Of a stretch of DNA of 64,000 nucleotides, positions 27,201-39,960 are shown piece by piece. Origin of the DNA: Monocercomonoides exilis PA203 (lineage: Eukaryota; Protista; Preaxostyla); contig LSRY02000043.1 of NCBI GenBank assembly GCA_001643675.2, forward strand, positions 62,001-126,000, written 5' to 3'. A program made the position numbers and the translations under genes. Under the pieces are notes generated by a model that saw only the letters and a list, made by a program, of their open reading frames with translations, ran no database searches and was not told where the DNA came from. How positions within the stretch are numbered: position 1 is the first letter of the stretch; every line of letters starts with the position of its first letter.

Positions 27201-29395
27201 TCGGAGTCGTCTGGGTCGGAGTCCTGGAGAAGGGAGATAGACTCGGAGGAGGAGGGGGAATAAGGGGGAGGAGGAGGAGAATGAGAGTGGGAATGGGAGT
27301 GAGAGTGGGAAGGAGAGGAGGAGGGATGGGATTTGGGGGAGGGAGAACGAGATGAATGAGGAGATAATGTAGAGGAGGAGGAGGAGGAAGAGGAGGAAGA
27401 GCCAACATTTTCCTGTTCTGAATGAAGTGATGAAGTGGAATAAGCCAAGTGAAGAGAATTTGTGCTGCCTCTTTTGCTGTGTGAGTGTTTGTGGAGGGAA
27501 GAAGAGACAGAAGGAGAGGAAGGGGTGAAGGAAGAGAAGAGAAGAGGCTTCAGAAGCAGAGAATCCGTTTCAGTCTTGTTTGTGGAGCGTGTGGAAGAGG
27601 TGTGGTGGCGATGATGTTGATGTTGATGTTGATGAGTGCTGAGGCGTTGTGCTTGAGGATCGGCAGATTCGGTGGAGGAAAGAGAAGATCGAGTTAAAGA
27701 AGAAGATGATGAGGAGGAGGAAGATGAGGAAGAAGATGAGGAAGAAGATGAGGAAGAAGATGAAGATGAATGTATTTTCACTTTCTGATGAGCAGCAGCT
27801 TCAGAATGGTGGTGGTGGTGGTGATGATGATGATGCCCTCGTTCACTTTCTTCCTGTTCCAGCAGCTTTTTCGCTTCTTCCTCTGCCAATATGCTCGCAA
27901 TCGACTTCTCTGCTGTTTTGTGCGAGTGGCCATTCATCGAGGCAGCCAATGATGTCAGTTCAGGTGTCGGCGTCGGAATCTTCCCTTCCTTCAGCTCCCT
28001 CGCTATCATCTCCTTCGCCTCTCGGATTTTCTGCCGCTGCAGCTCTTTCTCCTTCTGCCTTTTTTTCTTCTCCTTCGCTTTCTCCTTCAAAATACGCTCT
28101 CTTTCCTTCTGCTCCGCCAGCAGCTGCTTCATCTTCTCTCTTTTGTTCGCCTCTTCCAGCGCCTGCCTCTCTTCCTCCCTTTGCCTCTCCTCTCTCTCTC
28201 TCTCTTCCTCCTCCCTCTTCCTCCTCTCCTCTTCTGCTATCCTGCGCTCCTCCTCCTTCTTCTTTCTATGCACTTCTTTTATTTCCTCGTCTGTGAGCAT
28301 GCGAAACTTGTGTCTTTTCTCGGGAAAGCGGAAGTTCATCACCAAAATCAGCCTTTGCGCCACAAACGCGTCCAGCGGGTCTTCGATGAGCAGCAGGAAC
28401 TTCGTCAGCTCTGCTTTGAGGGTGGCGTCCAACGGTAGCTTTGACAGCGGGCGCACGAGAAGAAGCACCGGAAGCACAAATTCCGTCCGCAGCAGCTGCG
28501 GATCACACTCAGTCAGCAGCACTTCCACACACTCGCTCAGCACTGCCAGCCCGCTCTGCTCGAATGTGCTCAGGCGGTCCATCATTGTTTCGAGGAGGAG
28601 CAGAACACACGAGCGAACATGCGGATCTGCTGGCTAATGTTTTAGAAATGAAATATTTATGGAATATTTATTGTACATTGTACATTGAAAAATAAAAGAA
28701 AAACATATTTTCAATAAAAATTAAAACAAAAAATAGTAAAAAATATTTAATTTTTAAAATGCAATGTTTATCACAAACTGTGTATTGGAATAGAATCCTG
28801 AAATACATCAATGTAAACATTGAATAATTTTCGCGGATTGGAAACACCCCATGGGAGGCTGCTTCATTTTTACGTTCATCAGGAAGAAATAATCTTCTTT
28901 TTTGAGATGATTCTTGAAATGGGAAGAACTGAATTCCTCCATGAGGTATAGGAACATATTCAGGCAAAGTCAAAGAAATTGCTACTTTTTGCAAAAATGG
29001 CCAAAAAAAAGTCTTTTAGAAACGTTCCAAATTTTTTAAACAATAATCAGAAATCCGAAAAAACAAAATCTTACAAACGAAGGAATGAGGGTATTTTAGT
29101 CCTATTCTGCAAAGAATCACTTCAAGAATGCTATAATCCACAAAAAGAGGAAGATCGGGAGATTCGGCAATTTCGTCGAGTTTTTCTTTAACAATTTCAG
29201 AATCCTTCTCCCCTTTAATGAAGTGTCGCTTGCAACGATTTAGTGCAACAACACAATCGCGAGGATACGATAAAGCTTTATATTTAAAAAATCATTTAAA
29301 ATTTGATAATGAATTCAAAACAACGTAAATAAAGCAGCAATCATACAAGATTCATGAAAGCGTTGTATGCTCGGGTCCGAGGCAACAAAGCTCAT
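18275..29395 (-). CDS. Giant (>3500 aa) Ser/Glu/Lys low-complexity protein with C-terminal FunK1/Crinkler-type pseudokinase module
   Basis: 10.3-kb terminal exon. Upstream exons spliced by eye from an ATG at 29395 (MSFVASDPSIQRFHES...). C-terminus has QAQPWRFYV, VGFGKKS, FKAY..NEILIL, HRNVRPDHL, LIDFG, GTIPFMS and DDLEE. Confidence 0.8.
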
Positions 29396-29769
29396 ATAAT
29401 GATTGCGGAAATCGAAAAAAAATCAACTATTATTAATTATTTATTATTATGGGGATATTTCTGATGTTTTTCATTAAAAGTCTCTGTATTTGTTCAAAAA
29501 AACAAATTAGGTTATAAAGAAAGTTTAAAAATTATGAACAAAAAGTGCACTATCGTTTTTGAACAAGATTTGGTAAAAAAGTTTATTTATTTAAACGAAA
29601 TACATATATTTTTCTGACTTTAGACTTGTTCGTCATATGTTGCTTTTTCTATTTAAAAATAGTTATGAAATTATCTGAACCAACAGAAATATTGAAATTG
29701 TTTAAACAATTTATTCTTTTGTCTTTTCCTGATTCAAAAAGAAATTAAGCAGAAAGGAAACTCTCCATA

Positions 29770-30777
29770 GGTTCAACATTTTAATGGGACTTTTTCCCTT
29801 ATTGGCACTTTTTTTGTTTTTGACTGCCAACTTTCAACAAACGTTGATTGGCTTTCAGTACTTCAAAAAACCTTTTTTACAAGTTTAACACAATTTATTT
29901 ACAGTTTGTTTTTTAATTTTTGCTTATTACACATTGAGAAATTACGTTTTTTTGTTAAATTTGAAAGGACTTTTACCAGCCAACTAGGCAACGTCCAAGA
30001 AATTAGATACATGTTTTGAATAGCAAATACTATTATCTAACTACTTTTAAATTCTTTTTTTTCATAAACACTTTTTTCTTGTTTTTTTCACATTTCATTT
30101 TTTTAACAACATTCTAACATAAAACCGATTATTTCTTTGTTAATATAATGAAATGATAAAAATAAAAATTTGATATGAAAAACAAATAGTCTAATAATAA
30201 AGTATTGGAAAAATGAAACATTAATTTTTTCTATTTAACTAAAACGGACAAATGGCGCTAACTTTAAATAATCGATGATCAAGTTTTTGTAAAAAAGTTA
30301 AGTTCTTGACAAATCGAAAAAATTAATGTTTCATTTTTCCAATACTTTATTATTAGACTATTTGTTTTTCATATCAAATTTTTATTTTTATCATTTCATT
30401 ATATTAACAAAGAAATAATCGGTTTTATGTTAGAATGTTGTTAAAAAAATGAAATGTGAAAAAAACAAGAAAAAAGTGTTTATGAAAAAAAAGAATTTAA
30501 AAGTAGTTAGATAATAGTATTTGCTATTCAAAACATGTATCTAATTTCTTGGACGTTGCCTAGTTGGCTGGTAAAAGTCCTTTCAAATTTAACAAAAAAA
30601 CGTAATTTCTCAATGTGTAATAAGCAAAAATTAAAAAACAAACTGTAAATAAATTGTGTTAAACTTGTAAAAAAGGTTTTTTGAAGTACTGAAAGCCAAT
30701 CAACGTTTGTTGAAAGTTGGCAGTCAAAAACAAAAAAAGTGCCAATAAGGGAAAAAGTCCCATTAAAATGTTGACCC
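29770..30777. mobile_element. Fold-back element/MITE with about 462-bp near-perfect TIRs and TA target duplication
   Basis: Arms 29770-30231 and 30316-30777 are reverse complements (one mismatch seen near the tip). 84-bp spacer. TA at 29768-69 and 30778-79. Confidence 0.88.
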
Positions 30778-30786
30778 TACTTCAAT

Positions 30787-30829
<43 letters not shown>

Positions 30830-33800
30830 CTATTTTATTTTATTTTATTTTATTTTTTAAATAATCAAAGGAGATGAAGAAGCTGATAAATATGCTTGAG
30901 ATGTGTTTGAAGGCTGTTATGTCAATAAAGAGAACGAGGGAGAAGTTGAAGATAAAATGGAGCAATTTTGAAATTGAGGAAGAAGAAGAGTCTTCCTACC
31001 GATCCATCGGATACATCCACTCAAATTGGTTCCATCTTTTTCGCTTCCAAAATGGTTTCCTCTCATCTTCTGATCTCATTCCATTCTGCCTCAATTCACT
31101 TTTCTTCAGAATGTCTTTCCTCTATCTCCATCTCTCCCTTCCTCATCAAAAGTTCATCTCATTTCTCTCTCATTTTCTTCTTTTATGCAAGCTCAATTCT
31201 TTTGTCCAATTCTTCTATCTTCCATCTCTTGTTATCCTCCACCAAAGCAATCTATCCAAACAGAAAAGCAAAAAGAGCCATGAAAGGACTTGACCATTGC
31301 TCATTGATATCTCTGTTGAATCAAAAACAAAAAAAAAATATGAATTTTCTCCCAGACTTCATCACAAGAAAAGAAATGCATACGCTCTCATTGCAAATAA
31401 GATCCCTTCTTCCATCCATGTTTTTGTCATTCATCGTTTTTTTTTTAAAATTTCATCTTCTTTTGTAATGAAATCTGTTTCTGTTCAAAATATATGAAGA
31501 AATCCAAAAATTCTTGCTATCGATCCAATTTCACGATTTAATAGAATATGTTCTTGCTGGCCAATCACACCCAAGACAATTCGCATTTTCGAAAAACTGT
31601 TCAAGGTTTCTCAAGCTGGCAAACAAAAAAACAAACAAAATTCAAAAAGGATCAAAAGATAATTGCAAACTGAATACAATCAAAAATGATATAATAATAT
31701 CTAATTTCCATTTCTCTTTTCCAAAATCCTTCATTCAATATCTATATCGTTTTGTCTGCAAATGCGCTTGCAGAAGAACAAACAATGCTTCCAATCAAAT
31801 GACATTATGTTGTTACTTCACGCTGTCACACTTGATGCTTTGTCATAAAAACATCATTGTTTGAGCAAGAAAAACGCTGCGGATTCATTCAAAGAAATGT
31901 CAGGCCAATCGCCAAAAGATCTTCTCAAAATCAAACAAAATAGAAAATAGCGCTCATTGTCTTACGAAAACAAAAGCTCATTCATTCCATGGAATCAGGA
32001 TAAAAGAATTAACCTGCAAATAAAAAACGATATGCCCATAATAATTTAAAAAATATCAACAAATAAAGAAAAAGTGATTTTTTTTTAGAAGAATTGCTTG
32101 ATCGCTGTCAGGAATGAACTTATTTGTCTGCATTATTTGTGCGCAGTGTTTGCATCTTGGGACCACTAACGACAAGGCCTATCTGGTGGAGAAATCAGAG
32201 AAAGAAAGAAAAGTGGATTATTTTGTGGATAAGAGGACAAATAAGCTTCAAAATGATAAAAACGAAGATAAAAGTGTGTTTGATGCACATTCAGAAGGTT
32301 TACGAGGAATAAAGAAAGAGGATGAAATTGAAGATAAATTATGGATGAAGCAAAAGAAAAATATGAATGAAGGAAATGACCAAATTGAAGGAGAAAATTC
32401 AGATGAAAAGAATGAGAATACTAACAATTTTGAAAAACGAAAAGTTAATGAAGGAAGCAAAGTTCTGGGGTGTTTGAAGATGCTCAACTGTTCAATGAAG
32501 TTGAATTCATTGGTTTTAATTTCATATGGAATGAGAAATGTGATTCAAGAAAAGGGATGCAGTGTAATTGAATTGAGCAGAAGCAAGATTGGAATCGAGA
32601 GAGATATATCTCCATTTGATTTGACTGGATGTTGTGGGACATTTTCAAACAATTCTCTCAAATTGCATTCATATCTTGTTTCACAGAATTGTCCACCTCT
32701 TTTCTCTTCAAAAGCATTGGAAAAAGAATTTCATGAGAATTGTCATGTTTCTGTTCGTTCATCTCATTTCACCTCTTTTCGTGTGTCTGCAGCCCCATTC
32801 CTCTCATCGCCTTCCATCCCTCTTATATCCCTCTCCAAACTCACATTTATCAATATTTCAACAGCATCCACTTCCCATTCACCTCCGCCCACTTCTTTTT
32901 TTGAAACGTCTTGTCTGATGAGTAGCTGCTCATTTTTGTCAGTCTGCAATGCATATGATGGCGGGATTGTTCCTTCTCTGAACAATCACTTGGCTTCCTT
33001 GACTGCATGAAACACTTCATTTATTGGATGTTGCAGGACAAGAAATGTTGCAATCAATGGGAGTGAAGGGAATCCATCGAAGCCAGGGAGACAGAATCAG
33101 ACAGATAATGGAGCGAATTCGTTTTCTTGGTGTGAGTGGAATGGTTCAAAAACGACTGGAACAGGAACTTTTTATTCAGATGGAACTTCAAATGGCGGAG
33201 CCATTTTCATGTCTGGCATGTCATCTGGAACACTTTCAGTGAAATATTGTTCATTCTATGATTGCCAAGCACATTGGTATGGTGGAGGAATAATGTGCTA
33301 TGAAATCAATTCAGTGAAGGTGGAAAATACTTCATTTAATGCTTGTATTTCTCAAGATTATGGTGGTGGTGGTGGAATGTGTGCTTATTCGATAACTTCA
33401 TGTGTCAGGATCAGCGGCTGCGAATTCGAGAAATGTAATGCATTTGAATTTGGAGGGGGGCTTTATCTTTCAACTTTTCAGGTTTCTGGATCAGAATGTA
33501 TTGGAGTGGAAAGTGGTAAAGGAGAGAGCGCTTGCGTATTTGAATGCTCATTCATTTCATGTTCTCTTACAAGTCAATTTGGAGGAGGGTTGTGTTGTAT
33601 GACTGTTCCAGCCCAATTCAACATGAGAAGCATCCAGTTCATTTCTTGCAATGCAATTGCAACAGGCGGAGGATAGTATTTTTTTCCATGTCAATCAAAA
33701 GCTCCAAGTTTGAATTTTTATTGTTATTTCTTCCTCTTTTACAATTGCATGTGCTCTATTTCAAATGCTGAAGGCCACGATGTGTTTTTGGAAGATGATT

Positions 33801-35316
33801 ACAATTTTTTTTCATCAAATAACCCATTCCATGAATCGTACACAACGAATACCAATGAGATGAGAGTATACTATTGGGCAAAAGGATATCAGATTGCAGT
33901 AAAGAAGGATTGGTTGCATGAAATGAAGAATTGGTTTGTTGGTGTGAGTGGAAGTGACTCGGGCAATGTGTGTGGGATGAGTGAGTCTGCTCCGTGCAAG
34001 ATAGTAAGGCATGCAGTGGATGAGAGCATGGAACAGCTGAGCTCGACAATCACAGTGCTATGTGGGAAACATGGAAGTGAAGGGGTAACAATCAATATCA
34101 GGGAAAAGAAGATAACAATAACAGGGAGAGGGAAGACAGTGAGCGTGATTGGGACAAGTTCTCTTTCTTCATCTTCGACAACGCTGTTTAGCATATCTTC
34201 CGGTCAACTGGAGGTGGGACATGTGGGAATTGATCACAACGCGACAAGAAGTCCATCGCCGAGTGTGTTTGTGGTGTCTGTGGGGAGCGGGACTCTTTCG
34301 CTGGAGGATGTTTTGATCGACTCTTCGAAATCAGGAGGGAGTGGAATGACGAAGTGTGTGTTTGAAGTGGCGCTGAGGCAGCTGAAGATGATTGATGTGG
34401 AGATCAAAAATATTAAAATGAATCAACCTCCATTTACCGAACCATCATCTGCAGCATCAACATCAGGAGAGAGTTTGCTGGGGAATGTGACAATTCGAAA
34501 TGTGAATCGAACAAGGGGTGATGGGGTGGTGATAGCAAAGAGCGTGAAGGCAGGAGAGACATTTGTAGTGTGGAATACAACAATGGAAGGATACTCTTGC
34601 CAAGGTGGGAATGGGGGAGGGATAAAGGTTGAGTTGGCTTCTTCAACAAGCAAAGCTTTCATTGGGACATCAACATCGCACAGCGGAGGAGCAACAAAAT
34701 TCAACAAAACGAAGTGCAGCGGATATGGAGGAGGGGTGATGCTATGGCTAGCAGATGGCTCATTTGATTTTGCGATAACAACAGAGAGTTTTGTTGGTTG
34801 CAGTGCAACATTGGGAGGGAAAGATGTGTTTGTGAATGGGAGCAAGTTGGTGAGTGGGATCATAACAATCGCAAAGCTGAATGTTGGACACAACGCATCT
34901 ATTTATGATGAGTTGATGGGATATGACCGGAATGATTCAGGGATGGGAATATTTCCTTTGAATGTGTTTTTTGATGCACTTTCAGGAGCAGCACATGTGG
35001 GGAAGGGTGTAAATGGGTATGGAGGATATGACTCGTGGTTTTGTGGGTTTGGGTATTTTCCATGCAAAACAATCACACATGCAGCTGAAACACGATTTGC
35101 AACAGGAAATAAGAATATTGTGTTGGATTCAGGGTTTGAGCTGGGAGAAGTTGTGTCGATGGCAGGGTCATATGAATGGGAGGTGTATTGTGGGATTAAC
35201 AAGACGAATGTGAATGTGAGGGTTCCGAGTGGAATGAGATCTTCGTATTTGATAAATGTTCAGAGGGCAAGCTCAATAATCAAAGCGCAAGCACTTTGAT
35301 TTAAAAGAAAACATTC

Positions 35317-35369
35317 TCTCACTTCCTTCTCTTCTATTTACGAGAGATCATCACTTAAGGGTCAGTCAC
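35317..35369 (+). repeat. Left ITR of DIRS element (53 bp, exact reverse complement of 39908-39960)
   Basis: TCTCACTTCCTTCTCTTCTATTTACGAGAGATCATCACTTAAGGGTCAGTCAC. Confidence 0.95.
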
Positions 35370-35385
35370 GATCACTGATCTAAAA

Positions 35386-36225
35386 ATGATGATCCCTAAC
35401 AATCCTCTGGGAACAGGACTTGCGGCCGAACCGAGCGCAGCTGCGCTGCCTGGTGGTCCAACAAGCGGGTTTCCGACATTTCCCGGACCCTTTTCCGCTT
35501 CCCAACCTTCTTCTATTTCATCCTCACTCTCCCCACCTTCTACCACCCTTGGCGAAGAAAAAGAAGAAGAAATTACACTGGAAAATTCGTTTCTTAAAAT
35601 ATTTGGTAGAGCACCGGAATTATCGTTATATGATCTTCCATTACCGGAACAGGAGATAAATGACTTGGTTGCTTCGTTGAAGACAGAAGACTTATCCCCT
35701 TTCCTCCCTAATGCGCCTCCACCTTTTGTAAGGACTACCAGTCCGTACAAAGACGCCTTAGATCAAGCAGGAGAAAGATGTGAGACGTTTCTTTACCCCG
35801 CAATGAAACTTATTTTATTTGCCCATACGAAAACAAAAGATGATGAAGCTCAGAGTGCCGTAGCGCAAGCATGTTTACTGCTTGCACAAGCCTTGAAAGA
35901 AGCCAGAAACGCTCGCATCCAAGCGAGATTTGGATTTACCGAAGCAGCGAGAATGAAAGAGGATTCAGCATCACCGCTCCTAACGAAAAGGCAAAGTGAT
36001 TTATTGGAAGAGGTCAGGAAAACCTCACAATCAACAGCGAAAAGATGGACTTCGTTCTCATTTAATTCCAAATCCTTTGGCAAAAGCAGATATGGAAAAC
36101 ATGAAAGCTACCAACGCCCTCGGTTTTTTCGTTCGGGTCCCCGGTCGTGGGCAGGGAGAAAAACCTCAAATACATACCGCAGAAGTCCTTCTCAAACGCG
36201 ATCCAGGGGAACGGGAACCAACTAA
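35386..36225 (+). CDS. DIRS ORF1, gag-like protein
   Basis: First ORF after the left ITR. Pro/Ser-rich N-terminus, helical core, basic Arg/Ser/Phe-rich C-terminus. Assigned by position. Confidence 0.75.
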   Translation: MMIPNNPLGTGLAAEPSAAALPGGPTSGFPTFPGPFSASQPSSISSSLSPPSTTLGEEKEEEITLENSFLKIFGRAPELSLYDLPLPEQEINDLVASLKTEDLSPFLPNAPPPFVRTTSPYKDALDQAGERCETFLYPAMKLILFAHTKTKDDEAQSAVAQACLLLAQALKEARNARIQARFGFTEAARMKEDSASPLLTKRQSDLLEEVRKTSQSTAKRWTSFSFNSKSFGKSRYGKHESYQRPRFFRSGPRSWAGRKTSNTYRRSPSQTRSRGTGTN

Positions 36226-39200
36226 GCCAGTCACCTTCAATTGTTGGAGGAAGAACGGAATATTTTCGAGAAGCGTGGAGAATGATAGATGGAGAGAAGT
36301 TGGTAAAAAGAGGCGTCATTCCAATTTGGAAAAACAGGATAGCCAGGGAGAAATTACTAAACTCAAAAATGGAAACATACAGCCCCCATCAATCAGGGGA
36401 AGCAACCAAAGCGATGGCAAAGCTGATCCAGAATCAGCTCGAAACGAACATAATACAAAAAAATACAGAAAAGAAAGGTGAAACATTTAAATCCAGTGTT
36501 TGTGATAAAGAAAAAACAAGGGGGATGGAGACAAATTATCGATTGCAGAGCGTTGAACAATGCAACGAAGTCAATCCATTTCAAACTGGAGGATTACAGG
36601 TCACTAGAACGAATTATAACAAGAGGAGATTATGCAACAACTTTAGACCTAAGCCAGGCCTACTATTTAGTGAAAGTGGACGACAACTTCAAGCCGTTTC
36701 TTGCGTTCGAATTCAACGAAAATTACTACTGTTTCAACGGAATGCCATTTGGATACAAAGATTCTCCAAGAATCTTTACAAAAATCATGAGGAAGGTGAT
36801 ACAATTCATCCGGGAGCAATGGAACGTAAGAGCAATCGCGTACCTCGACGATATTATTCTTCTTCACCAAGACCAAAAGAAATTAAAATGGATAACTCAG
36901 AAAGTCGTTTCTCTTTTCGAAAGCCTTGGTCTTCTGGTAAACACAGAAAAGAGTCATTTGATTCCCTCACAAACTTTCACCTATTTGGGTTTCGAGTGGA
37001 ACACGCACCAGTTCAATGTAGCTCTGGAAATGATGAGAACGAAAGAACTTATAAAGGAATGTACCAGATGGAGGAGGAGGTCCCTCAGAGCGAAAGAAGT
37101 GAGAGTAAGAGACCTTGCAGCGTTCATTGGAAAGCTGAACGCTACAAGGTTCGTGGTTCGAGAAGCTTCTCTGTTTCTCTCAGATCTTTATCGCACTTTA
37201 AACAAAATGGTTTCGATGGTAGGATGGAGAGGGAAGATGAGGATCAACCAGTCCATTCTCCCCAATCTAACCAAATGGATATCGAGGTTGAAAACCAACA
37301 CGCCAAGACAACTATGCCCACTCTTTCTTCCAGATGCAACACTTACGACGGATGCTTCCAGAAAAGCTGTTGGAGCTTATTTAAGAATCGGAAACAGTAT
37401 TTTGGATTTTCATCGCAGACTCCCCTATTGGCAACGAAATCAAAGTTCAAACTATCGGGAGATGTTCGCAATTTTGTCAGCTCTAACTCACTTCTCCCCA
37501 ATTCTGTTATCCAATCGCATCCACAAACTACTTATCAGATCGGACAACTCAACATCGGTGTTCAACCTGAACAGGTGGCGGGCAGGAGCGAATTTGAGAA
37601 GACTCCTATTGAAGATTTGGAAACAAACGCACACGATGCAGATTCAAGTGAAAGCGCAACACATCCCCGGTCAAAGAAACGAAAGGGCCGATTCTCTTTC
37701 CAGGCTAGAAAGGGGAGGCGACTATCAGATAAAGCAAGAATCCTACAAGGAGCTTGTAACGAAGATGAGATTGAACATAACGTTGGACGCTTTCGCCACA
37801 AAACAAAACAAGAAAGTGAGCAGATGGTGCGGGCCAGGAAGCCCGATAAACGAAGACGGTCTGCAGCAGCCTTGGCGAGGAGAGACAGTTCTTGCTCATC
37901 CTCCAATTCCTCTCATTCTTCCGACAATCAGGAAAATGATTCTCGAACGAGCTCGAGGTCTTCTCCTTCTTCCCGATTGGAAGGGACAAATATGGGAGCC
38001 GTTGTTGAAAAGAACGACCCATATAGAATGGATGTGGAAGAGCCAGAGCGAACTTCTTACCCCGGGACCATGGATGAAGAGGATGGATGCTTGCCTGCCA
38101 CCAGGGAAGCTTCGAGTTGTACTGATGAATCCTTAGCGATCAATGGAGAACACTGGTTCAAAGGAGTTTTGCAAACAAGAGGATTTCCAATGGATATATG
38201 TGATCTGTGCAAATCCAGTCTTTCGCCTTCGACGTGGCATGGGTACTTACTCAGTTATGCTCATTTCGGAGACCAGTGGACAAACTGCGGCTATGGTCTT
38301 TCTGTTGGAGATTGGTTCAATTGGGTCGTTAGATGTGCCGATGTTTTCCTTAAGCTTTTCAACAAGGGGCTGAAGGAGCAATCCCTTTGTAAAATACGAT
38401 CTGCCATCTCTCTCATTTCTCAATTATTATTCGAGAGAAGTTTGGGAGATTACCCGCTTATGAAGCTTCTCTTCCGATCATTTAAAAGATTGGAAAGGAG
38501 GAAGAAGAAAAATAAGCCTGATATATGGAACCCCAAAATACTTCTTGATTATATATCGGGGCTAGGCGAGAACGCGAACTTATCCTTCACTACTCTCACG
38601 AAGAAAACAATTTGTCTTTGCATGCTATTCTCCGCCTGCCGGTTCACCGAGCTCGAGCGGATCAGTCTGAAACATTCTGCAGTGAGAGAAGATTCAATTG
38701 CATTGGATACTTCGCTGAAAACAGGACCCGAAAGAACAGACATTATAATACCGTTTCTCACAGATACTCCTTCAATATGTCCTGCCTCAGCAGTGTGTGA
38801 ATTGTGGTCCAGAATAAGCAAACTTCAAGACAACCCTGACCACTTGTTTATTAACGATCGCACAAAGATTCCACTTTCCGCAAGAGTGCTGAGAAAACTT
38901 GTTGCAAATCTCCTTCACGAGACAGGTATACCGAATTATTTTGGTCCTTACTCGATAAAGCATGCTTCAATATCTGCATTGACAATGGCTGGACTACCAA
39001 TAGCGCAAGTGGCAAAGTTCGCAAGGCTGTCTCCACGAAGCGATACCATTATTAATTACTATTTTCAAAAGATATCGCCACATCCTGTGCGAAAGTGATT
39101 GCAGATCAAGCGGCTATTAATGCAACTTCCTCCCAGACCCAGTCATCACCTTTAAGTCTGCAAACCCTTCGCAAACCAAAAATTACTTTTGATGACAATT

Positions 39201-39565
39201 CAAGTTCAGAAGATATTGAGGACTCTTCGTCAACTGACGAAGAGCAAGATGAGGAGGACTACAGTCTGAACTCAAAGTCTGACAACATCGAGAGCGAAAA
39301 AGGAATCAGGATCAGGTTGGAAAAACCTAATCTGCAATATGACAACAAAAGCCAAACGATCTACAACGACGAAGAAGAACCATCAAAGCCAGACTACGTG
39401 GAGGAGCCAGACGAGAACAGTCATAAAGAGTATGAAAGAAGGAATTTTCGTGAGAAAAGACTAGTTGGAGAAGTTGTCCAGAAGAAAACAATTGAGATAA
39501 CAATTAAAACCAGAGCGCAAGCCAAACGTGAGCAACTCGAACAATTGCTGAGGGATGACAAATAA
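35996..39565 (+). CDS. DIRS tyrosine recombinase ORF overlapping pol; two apparent single-base indels (near 36460 and 39070)
   Basis: YR domain at about 38200-39065 (ACRFTEL, LKT, CPA, YSIKHAS, ARLS, NYYF). Long N-terminal part is out of frame with pol. Acidic ORF 39095-39565 follows in the -1 frame. Confidence 0.85.
36147..38136 (+). CDS. DIRS pol: reverse transcriptase - RNase H - adenine-methyltransferase-like domain (one +1 frameshift in A7 run at 36457-36463)
   Basis: VGGR..F...W N-terminus. RT motifs F.IKKK.GGWR.IID, LDLSQAY, MPFG..DSP, YLDD, YLGF. RNase H motifs TDAS, SN.RE, SDN, HIPG..N..AD.LSR. MT-like motifs DAFA, DGL.Q.W, HPP, PDW..Q.W. Confidence 0.93.
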
Positions 39566-39615
39566 GAGGTCAATCAAATAATAACAACAGCAGAGTATTC
39601 TCCCAATTATGGAAC

Positions 39616-39721
39616 TCTCTCGTAAATAGAAGAGAAGGAAGTGAGAGAATGTTTTCTTTTAAATCAAAGTGCTTGCGCTTTGATTGAAAAAGAAAATGTG
39701 AATCTCACTTCCTTCTCTTCT
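39616..39721 (-). repeat. Internal complementary region (ICR) of DIRS element
   Basis: 39616-39685 is the reverse complement of 35278-35347. 39684-39721 is the reverse complement of 39942-39979. Confidence 0.95.
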
Positions 39722-39907
39722 TCCCGCCTCGATACACTCCCACCCTTATTATAAACAGATTCTGTTAATGACCCATCTTCCTTCTTCTTCAGGCGTGATA
39801 TGTAATGAGCGCCATAACATTGTTATGTTTTTTAATGTTTCTATCCTTTTTAGCTATTTCACATCACCGTTGTAATCTATTACTATTTTGCATTTCAGAT
39901 CAGTTGG

Positions 39908-39960
39908 GTGACTGACCCTTAAGTGATGATCTCTCGTAAATAGAAGAGAAGGAAGTGAGA
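39908..39960 (-). repeat. Right ITR of DIRS element
   Basis: Exact reverse complement of 35317-35369. Confidence 0.95.

Noticed and set aside
19900-28400. Many antisense and alternate-frame ORFs (also at 4257-5794 and 50400-55700)
   Set aside because: Shadows of low-complexity, stop-poor coding sequence.
30850-31900. Short ORFs after the poly-T tract
   Set aside because: No motifs or coherent frame; possibly a decayed repeat or gene fragment, but unsupported.
33008-33676. In-frame TGA/TAG as selenocysteine, readthrough or TAR=Gln recoding
   Set aside because: Contexts fit single substitutions (TCA to TGA in SLTA-S-NTSF; TTG to TAG in GGG-L-YF). Multi-kb Gln-rich ORFs contain no TAR codons, and TAA/TAG end normal genes here.
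36147-39098. 983-aa ORF as a genuine novel fusion protein
   Set aside because: Explained by one extra A at about 36460 fusing the pol N-terminus to the YR frame.
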